Positions 17,667 to 28,888 are shown, numbered from the stretch's first letter. The stretch is DNA of 64,000 nucleotides from Chloroflexota bacterium (GCA_965263175.1 OZ253587.1:234579-298578); one strand, 5' to 3'. Numbers and translations are program-made. The notes: generated by a model not told the origin, from the letters alone.

Positions 17667-19313
17667 ATGGTTACGCGTAGACAAATGCTTCGCATGGGCG
17701 GCAGCGCCGCCTTGGGGATTTCCGGTGCGGTAGCGCTGGCGGCTTGCGGCGAGACGCAAGTGGTGACCAGGGAAGTCCCGGTCGACAGGATCGTGGTCAA
17801 AGAGGTTGAGGTCGAGAAGATCGTGACCCAGGAAGTCGAACGGGTCGTACGGCAGGAAGTTCCGGTTGAGAAGATCGTTGAGGTTGAGAAGGTCGTGGAA
17901 GTGCCGGTCGAGGTCGAAAAGATCGTGATCAAGGAAGTCGAAAAAATGGTCGAGGTTGAGAAGATCGTTGAGGTCGAGTCAGTGCCGGTGCGTCCGTCCG
18001 CCGTGCTGCGGCTGGCCAACGACCACTCGTCCGGTGCGCGCGGCGCGGCGATGAGTTGGGCGCTGGACAAGTTCGCCGCGGCATTCCCGCACATTGCCAT
18101 CAAGTTCGAGCCGCAGGACCACTTGTACATTGATTCGTTCTCGATCCACATCGCCGCCGGCACGCAAGCCGAGTTGGCGCTGCTGGACGGTGGGTTCTTC
18201 AACACCTGGGTGCACCGCGGCGGCTTCGCCCGCATCGACGGCGCGCTCGCCAAGCATCCCGACTGGGATCCCAGCAAGTGGTACTCACCGCCGGACGAAA
18301 TGACGGTCGGTCAGTTCGACGACGACCGCGCCGCGCGCCCGGCGCCGCACACCACGGGCTACGAGGGCGCCCAGTTTGGGATGCCCTACCAGGGCAACAT
18401 CAACGGGAAGATCTTCAACTTCACGATGCTCGAAGAACTGGGCATTCCCATGCCGGTCGAGGGCTCGTTCCACCTGGAGCGCGAGGCGTGGGATCTGTTT
18501 ATGCAGGCCACCGACGAGGAGACGGGCACGTACGGCCTGCGAATGGCCTCGAACGCCTGGATCGTCTGGGGCAGTTGGGCACGGGCCTTGCAGAGCAGCG
18601 GGAATCACATGTACCGCGCGCCCGACCAGTTGCACTGGGACATCTTCAACGACGGCGGTGACCGCGGCTTCGCATACGCGGTCAACAGTGTGACGGAAGG
18701 CGTGGCTCCGCAGTTCGACCAGCTTCAGCAGATCGCCGGCGAGTTCGGCGACCCGTTCTCGGCTGGAAAGATGGCCTCCTACTGGACCGGTGGTGGCGTT
18801 GGCGGGACCATTCCGCGCATCAAGGATCGCTTCTCCTGGGGTCTTGGACCCATTGAAGAAGGCGACCGCGGCGGCGCCCCGCACCACTTCACGAACCAGG
18901 GCCAGTACTGCACCGCCACGGCCGAGAAGAACGGCCTGGTGGAGGAATGCACCGAGACCCTGCTGTTCTTCGCGGGTCCGGAGGTCCAGGGCCGCATTGC
19001 TATTGACCGTGGATCGCTGCCGATGGTTAAGTCGGTGGTGGATTCCGACGAGTTCAAGGCCGGGCCGCCCGATAACCACGGGTACTACAAGACCTGGATG
19101 GACAAGACGGACCACCACCATTGGCAAAACGGCCACCCGAACTGGTGGGAGTGGTACGAGTCCTTCCGTGCGGCCGACCCGCCTTTCATCGGCGACATGT
19201 CGATCGAAGAGGGGATGCAGCACATCATCGACACCTCCGACCGTGTCCTCGAAAACACCAAGGAGGAGTACGACTCCTGGAAGGTCTGGATCGAGGCGCT
19301 GCCTCCGGCCTAG
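17667..19313 (+). CDS. Tat-exported lipoprotein, ABC-type extracellular solute-binding protein with VEK repeats
   Basis: TRRQML twin-Arg, LAAC lipobox, VEKIVEVEK repeats, then a sugar-binding-like body (GMPY, FSAGKMA). Confidence 0.87.
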   Translation: MVTRRQMLRMGGSAALGISGAVALAACGETQVVTREVPVDRIVVKEVEVEKIVTQEVERVVRQEVPVEKIVEVEKVVEVPVEVEKIVIKEVEKMVEVEKIVEVESVPVRPSAVLRLANDHSSGARGAAMSWALDKFAAAFPHIAIKFEPQDHLYIDSFSIHIAAGTQAELALLDGGFFNTWVHRGGFARIDGALAKHPDWDPSKWYSPPDEMTVGQFDDDRAARPAPHTTGYEGAQFGMPYQGNINGKIFNFTMLEELGIPMPVEGSFHLEREAWDLFMQATDEETGTYGLRMASNAWIVWGSWARALQSSGNHMYRAPDQLHWDIFNDGGDRGFAYAVNSVTEGVAPQFDQLQQIAGEFGDPFSAGKMASYWTGGGVGGTIPRIKDRFSWGLGPIEEGDRGGAPHHFTNQGQYCTATAEKNGLVEECTETLLFFAGPEVQGRIAIDRGSLPMVKSVVDSDEFKAGPPDNHGYYKTWMDKTDHHHWQNGHPNWWEWYESFRAADPPFIGDMSIEEGMQHIIDTSDRVLENTKEEYDSWKVWIEALPPA

Positions 19314-19347
19314 TCGCCAGACGCTCGTCCATCACCGGACAGAGGAT

Positions 19348-19384
19348 CAGTCGGCCCGGCATTCGCCGGGCCGACTGTTCGTTT
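19348..19384 (+). terminator. intrinsic terminator
   Basis: 13-bp stem CAGTCGGCCCGGC-attc-GCCGGGCCGACTG followed by TTCGTTT. Confidence 0.75.
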
Positions 19385-19657
19385 AAGGACGTGTTATTGG
19401 CACGGCGGCACCGGAGGCCGGGGCAAGGCTGCGATAGGCTCCGGTTCTCTGGCGCCGCCAGGCGCTTGGGTGCTGCTAGGCTGGAACTGGCGCTTGGTGC
19501 GGGGGAGACAGGAGTTGCGAGCTAAGGGCGACGCTATGCGAAGAATCAGGACGGCGCAGCTTCGCGCACTACGGCGGCCAGCCGTCCGGGGCGACCGTGT
19601 CGGCCGTGCGCTCGGGTCGGCCGAGCAACGGACCGCTTGGCGTGGGACGGCCCGCAC

Positions 19658-20089
19658 GTGACGCCGGAACTGATCGGGATCCTGAGTGTCGGTGGCGCGC
19701 TCCTCGTCGGGCTGGGGAGCCTGCAACTAACGCTGTATCGCGGCCTACGAGCGGATCTGGCGGCGGCCCGTGCCGAAACCCGAGCGGATCTGGCGGCGGT
19801 CCAAACCGAAGTCCGTGCCGACCTGGCGGCGGCCCGCGCCGAGACCCGAGCGGACCTGGCGGCGGTGCAAACCGAAGTCCGTGCTGACCTGGCGGCGGCC
19901 CGCGCCGAGACCCGAGCGGACCTGGTGGCGGTCCAAGCCGAAGTCCGTGCCGACTTGAAGGCGCTGGACGCGCGTGTGGGGTCGCTTGAACAGCAAGTCG
20001 CCCGGCTGACCGGCGCGGTTGAAGTGCTGGCCGGGTTGGGCAATGGCCGCCAGCCGCCTCGCCCGCGCGAGCCTGAACACGCCGGGTGA
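19658..20089 (+). CDS. TM-anchored hendecad coiled-coil protein (DUF1640/CCDC90-like)
   Basis: N-terminal TM helix, then RADLAAARAET/RADLAAVQTEV 11-aa repeats. Confidence 0.75.
   Translation: MTPELIGILSVGGALLVGLGSLQLTLYRGLRADLAAARAETRADLAAVQTEVRADLAAARAETRADLAAVQTEVRADLAAARAETRADLVAVQAEVRADLKALDARVGSLEQQVARLTGAVEVLAGLGNGRQPPRPREPEHAG
19748..19954 (+). repeat. coding tandem repeat, 3 x 66 bp (6 x 33 bp)
   Basis: Units beginning CGAGCGGA(T/C)CTGG or CGTGC(C/T)GACCTGG are read directly in the sequence. Confidence 0.9.
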
Positions 20090-20247
20090 CGCTCCCTGCA
20101 ACGATCGAGCGGATAGCTGACTGCGTCGTGGTTGGACCGGGTGCCTGGGCGTGGCTGCGATAGGCGCCGATTGCTGACGCTGCCGCAGATTGCGCGCGCT
20201 GGCCGTCCGGCACCGCATCTGGGGTGGCCCTTAGGGAGCAAACTGGC

Positions 20248-21345
20248 ATGAGCTTTAAAGTCGGGATCATCGGACATACGGGGCGAGGCAATTACGGGCA
20301 CTACCTCGACATGGCTTTCGTTGGGGTGGAGGGCGCGGAGATCGCGGCGCTGGCTGACCCGGACGATGAGGGGCGGGCCGAGGCGGCCGAGCGAACTGGC
20401 GCACGCACGGACTATGCGGACTACCGCGAGATGCTGGACCGGGAAAAGCCGGACATCGCCGTGGTGGCGTCGCGGGAAGTGGGCGATCACCGGGACTTGG
20501 TCATCGACGCGGCCCAGGCGGGTGCGAACGTCTTTATGGAAAAGCCGGTGGCCACCGCGCCCGAGGACGTGGACGCCATGCAGGCGGCCTGCGAGCGGGC
20601 CTCGGTGCTGTGCGTGGTCGCCCATCCCTGGCGTGGACATCCACCGATTCAGCGCGTGGCGATTCCCCTCATCAAGTCGGGACGAATCGGCGAGCCGCGC
20701 CTGGTCCGAGTCTTCGGCAAGGACGGTCAGCACGGCGGGGACGAGATGTTCCTGGACCTGTACCCCCACTTCTTCGACTTTCTTTGGCAGGTCTTTGGCG
20801 TCCCGCAGTGGTGCCACGCCCACCTGACGCAGGACGGCCGGACCTGCGAGCGGTCCGATCTCCGGCCCGGCTGGGAAGGCATGGGCCTGGTGGCCGGCAA
20901 CGGCCTCAAGGCCTACTACTGCTTTGAGGGCGGCGTCGCGGCCGACTTCGAGTCCTACAGGGGCGACGGCGCCTCGGATCCGTACCGCGTCGACATCTAC
21001 GGCACCGAGGGCACGATCTCGTTGCCAGGGCCGATGGGACGCGGTCCTGACATCCACTGGCACCCCAGGGCCAACCCCGATCTCATAGACGACGACGGGT
21101 GGGAAGTCGTTCCCGCCGAGCCGCCGCCGGACCGCCACAAGTGGCTGCGGGCGCACCGGCGCATGGCCCGATCGATGATGGACATGCTGGAGGGCAAGGC
21201 GCCGGAGTGGGACCTGGTGCAGCTGCCTAACGCGAAGCTGTACCTGGAAATGGCCCTGCTGGCCCACGCCTCGCACATGCAGGGTGCACGCGTTTCACTG
21301 CCGCTGGTGGACGGCAAGAACCCGTTCGACCACTGGACGGCATAG
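20248..21345 (+). CDS. Gfo/Idh/MocA oxidoreductase
   Basis: KVGIIGHTGRGNYGH, YADYREML and MEKP. Confidence 0.92.
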   Translation: MSFKVGIIGHTGRGNYGHYLDMAFVGVEGAEIAALADPDDEGRAEAAERTGARTDYADYREMLDREKPDIAVVASREVGDHRDLVIDAAQAGANVFMEKPVATAPEDVDAMQAACERASVLCVVAHPWRGHPPIQRVAIPLIKSGRIGEPRLVRVFGKDGQHGGDEMFLDLYPHFFDFLWQVFGVPQWCHAHLTQDGRTCERSDLRPGWEGMGLVAGNGLKAYYCFEGGVAADFESYRGDGASDPYRVDIYGTEGTISLPGPMGRGPDIHWHPRANPDLIDDDGWEVVPAEPPPDRHKWLRAHRRMARSMMDMLEGKAPEWDLVQLPNAKLYLEMALLAHASHMQGARVSLPLVDGKNPFDHWTA

Positions 21346-21516
21346 GCGCTGCACCCCGGTAGCTATCGGGAATCCGCGAGTTCAGGCACGCTGGTGCCGG
21401 AGTCTGGTCATCGTCGCAGGATCGCCGAGCGTTCTGCGATGATGCCGCTTGATCCGGTCGGCGGCCCGCGCGGCAACTGCCTGGCGCGCTGATCTCTGGT
21501 GGAGGGTGGTGGACGG

Positions 21517-22653
21517 ATGACACCGAACGAACTCCCGGCCTTTCGCATTGGGGTGGTTGGCTGCGGCGGCATCAGTTCCCGCCACGGGCGCGCCGGCCTG
21601 GAATCCGGGAAGATCCAGCTCGTCGCCTGCTGCGACATTCGCGAGTCCGTGGCCCGGGAATGGGCCGAGACCTACGACTGCGAGGCCTGGTACACCGACT
21701 ACGAAGCGATGATCCGGGATCAAGACCTGGACGGCGTGGTCCTGGCGACCTGGCCCAATCAGCACCGGGAACAGGTGGAGCGCTGCCTCAACGCCGGCGC
21801 CCGCAACATTCTGAGCGAGAAGTCGCTGACCGGAAACGGACAGGAAGCGCTGGAGCTTGCGCAACTCGTCGAGTCCGCGGGCGCGTTCCTGATGGAAGGC
21901 TTCATGTACCGCCACCATCCGTTTGTAGCCGAGCTTGAGCGCCAGGTGGCCGCCGGAACCATCGGCGAGATCGACTCGGTCAGCGCCACCTTCAGCGCCT
22001 TCGATCCTGAACACGAAAGCCCCACCGATCCGAATCGGAACTGGCGGCGCGATCCCGAGCGCTTGGGCGGCTCGCCCTGGGACATCACCTGCTACGCAAT
22101 CAACGCGGTCAACCATTTCGCGTCCATGGGGGCCGGAGGACGTGGCACCGGCCTTGGGTTCGAGGCGGCCAGCGGCCAGGGGTCCGGCGCGAGCAGCCTG
22201 ATCGCCGCCCGGCCTCGCAGGGTCTGGTCTGTCGGAAGCATGAGTGAGACCTACGGCACCCTGAACCGTCAGTTCGGCTTGATCGAGTACGACAGCGGCT
22301 GCGTGGGCCACGTGGAGGCCAGCCGCAGGGCGCATCTGAGCGAGGCGCTGCAGATTTCGGGTGCCGAAGGCCGGTTGGGCATCCGACGAGCCTGGCGGCC
22401 GCACGTCGAACCGGTTATCGAGCACCAGTTCGGCACCGGGCAGTTCAGGGAGATCCCGGTGCCGGGCGCCGAGATGTACCGGCTGCAGATGGAGAACTTC
22501 GCGGACGTGGCCCAAGGCGTGGCCCAGCCGGTCATGCCGCTCACGCAGACCGTGGTGAACATGTACACCATCGAAGCGACAGTCACCAGCCAGTTGGAAG
22601 ACCGGCTGGTTGAGATCGAACTCCCGGCCAGCCTCTTCAACGATGCGTCATAG
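21517..22653 (+). CDS. Gfo/Idh/MocA oxidoreductase
   Basis: IGVVGCGGI, SEKSL, MEGFMYRHHP and GGSPWDITCY. Confidence 0.92.
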   Translation: MTPNELPAFRIGVVGCGGISSRHGRAGLESGKIQLVACCDIRESVAREWAETYDCEAWYTDYEAMIRDQDLDGVVLATWPNQHREQVERCLNAGARNILSEKSLTGNGQEALELAQLVESAGAFLMEGFMYRHHPFVAELERQVAAGTIGEIDSVSATFSAFDPEHESPTDPNRNWRRDPERLGGSPWDITCYAINAVNHFASMGAGGRGTGLGFEAASGQGSGASSLIAARPRRVWSVGSMSETYGTLNRQFGLIEYDSGCVGHVEASRRAHLSEALQISGAEGRLGIRRAWRPHVEPVIEHQFGTGQFREIPVPGAEMYRLQMENFADVAQGVAQPVMPLTQTVVNMYTIEATVTSQLEDRLVEIELPASLFNDAS

Positions 22654-22661
22654 CCGACGGG

Positions 22662-22684
22662 CCGGTAGGCGCAAGGCCTACCGG
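22662..22684 (+). terminator. hairpin after oxidoreductase gene
   Basis: CCGGTAGGC-gcaag-GCCTACCGG. Confidence 0.5.
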
Positions 22685-22705
22685 TGGAGTGAAGAGCCTA
22701 TCCGC

Positions 22706-22782
22706 CGGACGACGCGGGGGTGACGCAGGCGGTGCGGGACGACACGCCCGGCGGGCGACCCGGAGCACACGCAGCCGCTGGC
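22706..22782 (+). pseudogene. short relic of a paralog of the 28885-33036 gene
   Basis: Closely matches 29813-29888 (TDD.GVTQAVRDDTP.GDPEHT) with one indel. Confidence 0.7.
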
Positions 22783-22971
22783 GACGCTGCGCCGCCGGGA
22801 CGCGGTGGCGGGGAGGCGACGGGTTCGTTTTGCCACCATGATTGTTCAGCCCTGTGTGATTGGCAGCAGGCCGCCGATGGTTCAGTCGAGGGGCGGGACG
22901 CGGGGCGGGCGAGGTTCGCTCACGCGGGTTGGGCGGCTGGCGCGGGGGCGGCGTGATCCGGCCGGGGCCGG

Positions 22972-25900
22972 GTGGTCATCGCGGGGCTGGCCGCCGGGTT
23001 GGTGCTGGCGGCGGCGCTGATCGGTGGGCAGACGTCGCTGCGAGCGCAGGCGGCGGCCGAGGGGCCGGGCCCTGCGGTGGGCATCAGCCTGCGCGACCTG
23101 AGCGAACAGCCCACGCATACGACCGTCGACCGCTTCATGGTGGACGTGGCCAATCTCAGCGCGGCGGAGGCGTACCAGGTCAGCGTGTCGGGCAGCGCCG
23201 CCACCCTCGGGATCGGCGGGTGCGGGACGGCCTCGCAGACGCGGACGGTGACGGGCGTGGAGGCCGAGACCCTCACGTTCCTGCTGTATGCCTGCGCGGT
23301 GGGGGGGCGGGACGGTGACGGCGGAGGTGCGCCGGGCCGGGTCGAGCAGCAGCGAGGCGTCAGTCAGCCAGGGCCTGCGCGTGGAAGCGATTCCGGCGTC
23401 CGTGCCCGAGGCCGAGCGGGGGGCGCAGGGAGCGGCGGCGCAGGTGGGGACGCCCGGGATTGTGCCGAGTATCAGCTTCGATCGGATTACGACCACCTCA
23501 GTCCGGGCCAACTGGCGCGCGCCGAGCGACGGCGGGCGGGCGCTCACGGGTTTCGGGCTGCTGTTCTGGCGGGCCGCCGATCCGCAGCCACCCTATAGCC
23601 GCGCATTCGTGGCCGGCGCCGGGTCGCGCAACCATATCTCTGCCGGGTTGCAGCCGGACACGAGATATAAGTTCCGCATCCACGCGTGCAACGGTCCCGG
23701 CAGTTGCGGCTGGTGGTCGGACGCCAAGGCCGTGACCACGCGGGCGCCGAGCCGACACCGACGCCGACGCCGACCTCGCCGCCCACGGTGGGGCGGCCGG
23801 GCCGCGTAGACGGGCTGCGCTATAGCAACCGGACGGGGACCTCGTTCACGGTGCACTGGCGCGCGCCGCACGACGGCGGGCGGGCGCTGACGGGGTTCGG
23901 CATCCTGCGGCGGGAGGATCCGGGCGCCTGGCCGCCGCATAGCCAGGCGGCGGTGGTGGGGCCGGGGCGGCGCAGCTATACGTTCACGGGGCTGGCGTAC
24001 GGGCGGGGGCAGGCGGTGCAGATTCGGGCCTGCAACGGGCGCGACCGGTGCGGGGCGTGGTCCAGCGAGTTGCGCGTGCCGCCGCTGGCGGGGCCGCAGC
24101 CGTCGCTGCGGCTGCCGAAGGAGACGATCGCGATTGGGGAGCGGATCAAGGTGGGGGCGTACGACGTGCCGGTGGGGGAAGTGGCCTACATCCAGCTGGA
24201 GGGGCCGATCCAGCCGGCCGGGCGCTGCTCGGCGCGGGCGGCGGGAGCGGACGCGGTGGCGCGGGCGCCGCGGCCGTCGACGGGGCCGGGGTACTACGAC
24301 TCCATGTGGATCGACGGCTGCGCGCCGGGCGGGACTGCGACGATCCGGCTGGAGCGGCAGGACAGGTCGCGGGTGTTCGCCAGGGCGACGCTGACGGTGG
24401 CGCCGGCGGCGACGGAACGGCCCGGGCGGGTGGCGCGGCCGCAGGTCACGGCCTACAACGCGGCGCTGGAGGTGACGTGGCGCCCGCCGAGCGACGGCGG
24501 GGCGCCGGCCCATTACGACGTGCGGCATCGGCCGGGGACGTCGGGCGGCTGGCGCGAGCGGCAGTCCCTGGACGACGGGTCCATGATCCTCGACCAACTC
24601 ACCAACGGCGTGACCTACCAGGTGCAAGTGCGGGCTTGCAACACGCACGGCTGCAGCGACTCCTGGTCGAAGACCGCCACCGGCACGCCGAGCGGCGCCG
24701 CGCCGGACCTCCCCGATCCGCCTGGGCCGGACCCGACGCCGGTGGTGGACCTTCCAGACTGCGGCGGCGTGGCGACTCGCGACCACACGGCGCCGACCGG
24801 GCTCAACGTGATTCCGCTGTCAGGGCATCAGGTTCGCCTGACGTGGACTGGTTCGACGGGCACGACCGCAGGCTACACCGTCGAGTTCAATCCACACGGA
24901 GCCAATTGGCCCGAGAAAGTCCCTGATAGCAATAAGAAATCGGTGGTCCAGAAAGTCACGTCGACTGGCCCAATAAAAACTTGCTTGGACTTTAGCCTCG
25001 ACTCAATGATTAGCAGAGCCCCTCAAGACGGAGATGGCCTCGCAGACAACGCCGCCTACGACATTCGAGTGAGGGCGAGTAAGACTGTTCTAGATCAGAC
25101 AGTGGAGTATGTGAGCGAGGCGATCACGATTATTGACACCCCGATCACGAAGGCCGACGGTTACGTGCCGGCATCGCAAACGCTTCCCATCGTCGGCCAG
25201 GCGGATTTCACATGGACGGCGGTAACCGATGTCCTTGGCGATCAATACGCCGACGGCACGTACATCCTGCGGCCTCGACGCCTCGCCGACCATCCTGCAA
25301 GTGCGAGTTGGCGACCGAATGCGTATGCCGCCGCTAATCCTGACGATACTGCGCCGACCGCGGCAACGGAGCAGACAATCGCTGGGCTGGCACCCGATGA
25401 AATCTACGCTGTTCAGCTGATCTACCTGCCAGATGACAGTGCGAACACCAATGACGCAATGGTCTTTTCCGGTCGAGACGTCTACGTGTGGCCGGCGACC
25501 ACGCAACTCCTTGTGCCTGGATCGGGGACCAGCAAACTCTTCGCGAGATTTCCGGTTAAGAGTAGGATGCCGAACACGACGTATGACTATTTCATCTGTA
25601 CCGACACATTTACCGAAAACGCTGACACGCAGGCGGCCAGGGATAGGCGACAGGCCTGGGTCCGATTCATCGTCCATGCGCTGGAACAATGGGAGTTGGC
25701 AACGAATGACACGGTCGCCATGACCTATCTCGGCGAGTCATGCACGGACTTTCAGCCACTTGTCGACATGGCCGCGAAACGAATTGCGCATCTTTTGCCG
25801 ACCGAAAAAAGCAGCATTGAAAGGCATCTGACCAAATTCGTTCAACACGAATGGCACTCGCAGATTCTGCCGGCAAATACGTCTGATCGTGACAAGAACG

Positions 25901-26523
25901 AGATTATGATGTTCGACGACTACGGCGACTACCCTGAAGGGAGCACGTTGTACTTCGCCTTTACGGAGGCAATGTCGAATGAACCAGTGATAGAAACGGA
26001 TTATCCTGAGGGTCTAGAACGAATAGGCAAGTTTGGCAACCGTTTAGGATTCGTTGCGAGCACGACTTGCTGGGGAGAGACGTCCACGGTTGAGGCCGTA
26101 GCGTGTGCGCATTTCAGCAAGCGGGGATCATCGCCAGGTTACACCACAGACATCGTTCTACGGCGCACGCGAGTGGATCATGATCCACTCGCGATTCCCG
26201 GCGGCACCGCGGACCTTGACAGAGATGGATTCCCTGATGTTGATCTCGGCGATGTGGTGTTCAATGCGTGTCCAAGTATGGGTCGTTATACGGAATGGAT
26301 TCCGTATGATGCCCAAAAGAACCGTGACAGCAGCATATACGGCACATTAGTCCATGAGGCAGGGCACGCGCTCGGCATTGCCCATCCACTTGGAATTGAC
26401 GATAGGACGGTGGCGGTAACAGTGTCTTTTAAGGATACGGTTATGACTGGTGGTAAGACATACAGTTGCTTCCCTCATCCGTTAGACGTGTTGCTAGTGT
26501 ATGCGCTGCACCGCGGTAGGTGA
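22972..26523 (+). pseudogene. secreted FN3-repeat protein with C-terminal zinc-metalloprotease motif, split by two frameshifts
   Basis: Signal-like N-terminus; FN3 repeats (W.AP.DGG...Y...IRACN..C..WS) across three ORFs; HEAGHALGIAH. Frameshifts at the G7 tract 23301-23307 and near 23748. May be an intact CDS if these are read errors. Confidence 0.75.
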
Positions 26524-26530
26524 GGGCCAC

Positions 26531-28888
26531 GTGACTCCACGACGCTCAGTGCGATCGCGAGACATAGGGGCTCGGCTGGGGGTGTCGCTCGCGATGCTGC
26601 TGGTGGCCATGCTATGCGGCGTGGGATGTACGCAGCCAGCGGCCTCCCACGGAGCTGACAGGCCATCGCCCGGGCCTGAACTAACCGCGATGATGGGTGC
26701 AACGTCGCCGGCCGTCGGGTCGGTCGAAAATCCGGGCGCAGCGAGTGGATCGGCGCCACCGGGGGGAAGCGGCGTGGCGCCGCAGGCGCACGGGTCGTGG
26801 CCGCCCTTCTGTCTCAAACCGAACTATCACCTGTATGGATTCCCGGGAGATCGGCTGCTCTACAGCTCTTCTGGCAAGCCGCGCGGCGTGCAGACCGCAT
26901 TGCGGTGGAGTCGCGACGGGTCGGAGGTGCTGTTTGCAAGCGGTGCCCAAGTCTACGCCGCGACGGCTGACGGATCGCGCTTGGATCGACTGATCGATGC
27001 GCCCGCAAAGGCCTATCTGGACCAGTCGCGCTACGCGACGCAACCGATTACCGCAGTGTCCACGAGCCCCGACGGCGAACGCATCGCCTATGCCAGTTGT
27101 TACTCGTATGCGCCGAACTGGACCAATCCGAGGGATCCTGACGTGGCGCGCTGCCGACGTGGGTTGCACTTTGGCGCCGTAAATACGGACGATGAACGCT
27201 CCTGCCACGAACTCCCCTTGATAGTCCGCGACTATGCGGCGGGGCCGGTGCGGCTGACGCCTGGCGATGCGTTCGACGAAGTCCTGCTGTGGGATCGACC
27301 AAGCAAGACGACGCTGCGGCTGGCCGGTGGGTACGCGCCGGCCTGGTCGCCCGACGGCACGCGCCTGGCGTTCCTGTCCCGGTATAGCGACGCGTACGAC
27401 CCGGACCGGAAGGTCGGCGTTCGCCGGCGGGTGCCAGGGCTGTACGTCATGTCGGCGGCCACCTGGGAGCTGCAGTCGCGCGTGTCTGCCAACGTCACCC
27501 GGCCGCCGCGCTGGTCGCCGGATGGGCGGCTCCTGGCCATCGTCGAGGAGACGGGCGCCGAGGCCACGCTCTCCGTGGTGTCGGCCGATGGCAAGGGCCG
27601 GCGGCGGCTGTCGGAAGCGCGCAGCGATCCCGCGTGGTCGCCGGACGGGTCGCGGATCGCCTTCGTGCGAGCCGAGCGCGGCGAGTTTGTGCTCTACACC
27701 ATCGCGCCGGACGGGACGGACGAGCGGCGGATCACGGCCTACCGGAACTCGCGTGACTGGTGGGATCAGTCCGTGGCGTGGTCGCCGGACGGCACGATGC
27801 TGCTGTACGGGTGTGGGGGGATCTGCGTGGTCACGCGGGACGGGCTGCGCGTGGGGTGGCGAACGCTCGCGTCACGGGAGGGCTACAGCGCGGCCTGGTC
27901 GCCCGACGGCGCCCGGATCGCGATCCTGACCGTGGACGGAACGTGGGGCGACGATCGGGTACTGGTTACCACGGCGGCCGACGGCGCCGAGCCCCAGGTC
28001 CTGGTGATCCACGACGACGAGCACGGCCTGCTGGGCGTTGGAGTTCAGGGAGACAGCGCGCCGGTGGACGTGGCCGGGTGTTTGGCCGGGAAGGCGGTTG
28101 CATCGCCGGCGGCCAATCCCGGGCTGGTAAGCGACTGCGAAGTGCTGCTGCGGGCCCGGCCGGTTTTCGCGGGGAGTGTGCCGGCGGCCCTGAACTGGAG
28201 TCCCGAACGGCCGATCGCGGAGTGGGACGGTGTGGTGGTGGACGGGACTCCGCCACGGGTGGTCGAGTTGACGTTACCTGCATCCCGCGCCAACGGCCGG
28301 ATTCCCCCGGAGTTACATGGGCTGACGCAGCTGCGCGAGTTGGATTTGCGCGGTCTGTATCTGGGCGGCGAACTTCCGCCGGAACTGGGCGAGCTGAAGA
28401 ACCTCCGAGCCCTGCGCCTGTCAGTCTCCTACATCCACGGTCCCATCCCGCCGGAATTGGGTCAGCTGGCGCAACTGGAGGAATTGTCGCTGTGGTACAC
28501 GTACCTCAGCGGGCCGATCCCAGCCGAACTGGGCGGGATGCGGCAGTTGAAATCCTTGGGGCTTCGCCGTTCGTTCGTCTCCGGGCCCATCCCGCCCGAA
28601 TTGGGCCGGCTGGCGAACCTGGAGGGCCTGGGCCTGCAAGACAATAGGCTCACGGGGCCGATTCCTGCCGAGTTGGGGCAGCTAGCGAATCTGCGCAGGC
28701 TCGTTCTGAAGAGCAACCAGTTGACGGGGCCGATCCCGTCCGAACTTGACGCGCTGACGAGGTTGGAGCGCCTGGAACTCGGCGGAAACCTGTTGACGGG
28801 CTGCGTCCCGCCAGGGCTGGCCGGCTTGAGTCCCGCGCAAACAGATCTGGATGACCTGAGGCTGCCGAGTTGTGAGGCGACGGCGTGA
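26531..28888 (+). CDS. secreted TolB/PD40 beta-propeller plus plant-type LRR protein
   Basis: Multiple PAWSPDG repeats and 24-aa LRRs of the form LxGPIPxELGxLxxL. Confidence 0.9.
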   Translation: MTPRRSVRSRDIGARLGVSLAMLLVAMLCGVGCTQPAASHGADRPSPGPELTAMMGATSPAVGSVENPGAASGSAPPGGSGVAPQAHGSWPPFCLKPNYHLYGFPGDRLLYSSSGKPRGVQTALRWSRDGSEVLFASGAQVYAATADGSRLDRLIDAPAKAYLDQSRYATQPITAVSTSPDGERIAYASCYSYAPNWTNPRDPDVARCRRGLHFGAVNTDDERSCHELPLIVRDYAAGPVRLTPGDAFDEVLLWDRPSKTTLRLAGGYAPAWSPDGTRLAFLSRYSDAYDPDRKVGVRRRVPGLYVMSAATWELQSRVSANVTRPPRWSPDGRLLAIVEETGAEATLSVVSADGKGRRRLSEARSDPAWSPDGSRIAFVRAERGEFVLYTIAPDGTDERRITAYRNSRDWWDQSVAWSPDGTMLLYGCGGICVVTRDGLRVGWRTLASREGYSAAWSPDGARIAILTVDGTWGDDRVLVTTAADGAEPQVLVIHDDEHGLLGVGVQGDSAPVDVAGCLAGKAVASPAANPGLVSDCEVLLRARPVFAGSVPAALNWSPERPIAEWDGVVVDGTPPRVVELTLPASRANGRIPPELHGLTQLRELDLRGLYLGGELPPELGELKNLRALRLSVSYIHGPIPPELGQLAQLEELSLWYTYLSGPIPAELGGMRQLKSLGLRRSFVSGPIPPELGRLANLEGLGLQDNRLTGPIPAELGQLANLRRLVLKSNQLTGPIPSELDALTRLERLELGGNLLTGCVPPGLAGLSPAQTDLDDLRLPSCEATA

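Noticed and set aside
19546-21276. Long antisense ORFs (this one, 28462-29874, 29884-31230, 34746-36050, 44033-45655 and others)
   Set aside because: Shadow ORFs of high-GC genes with no recognisable motifs.
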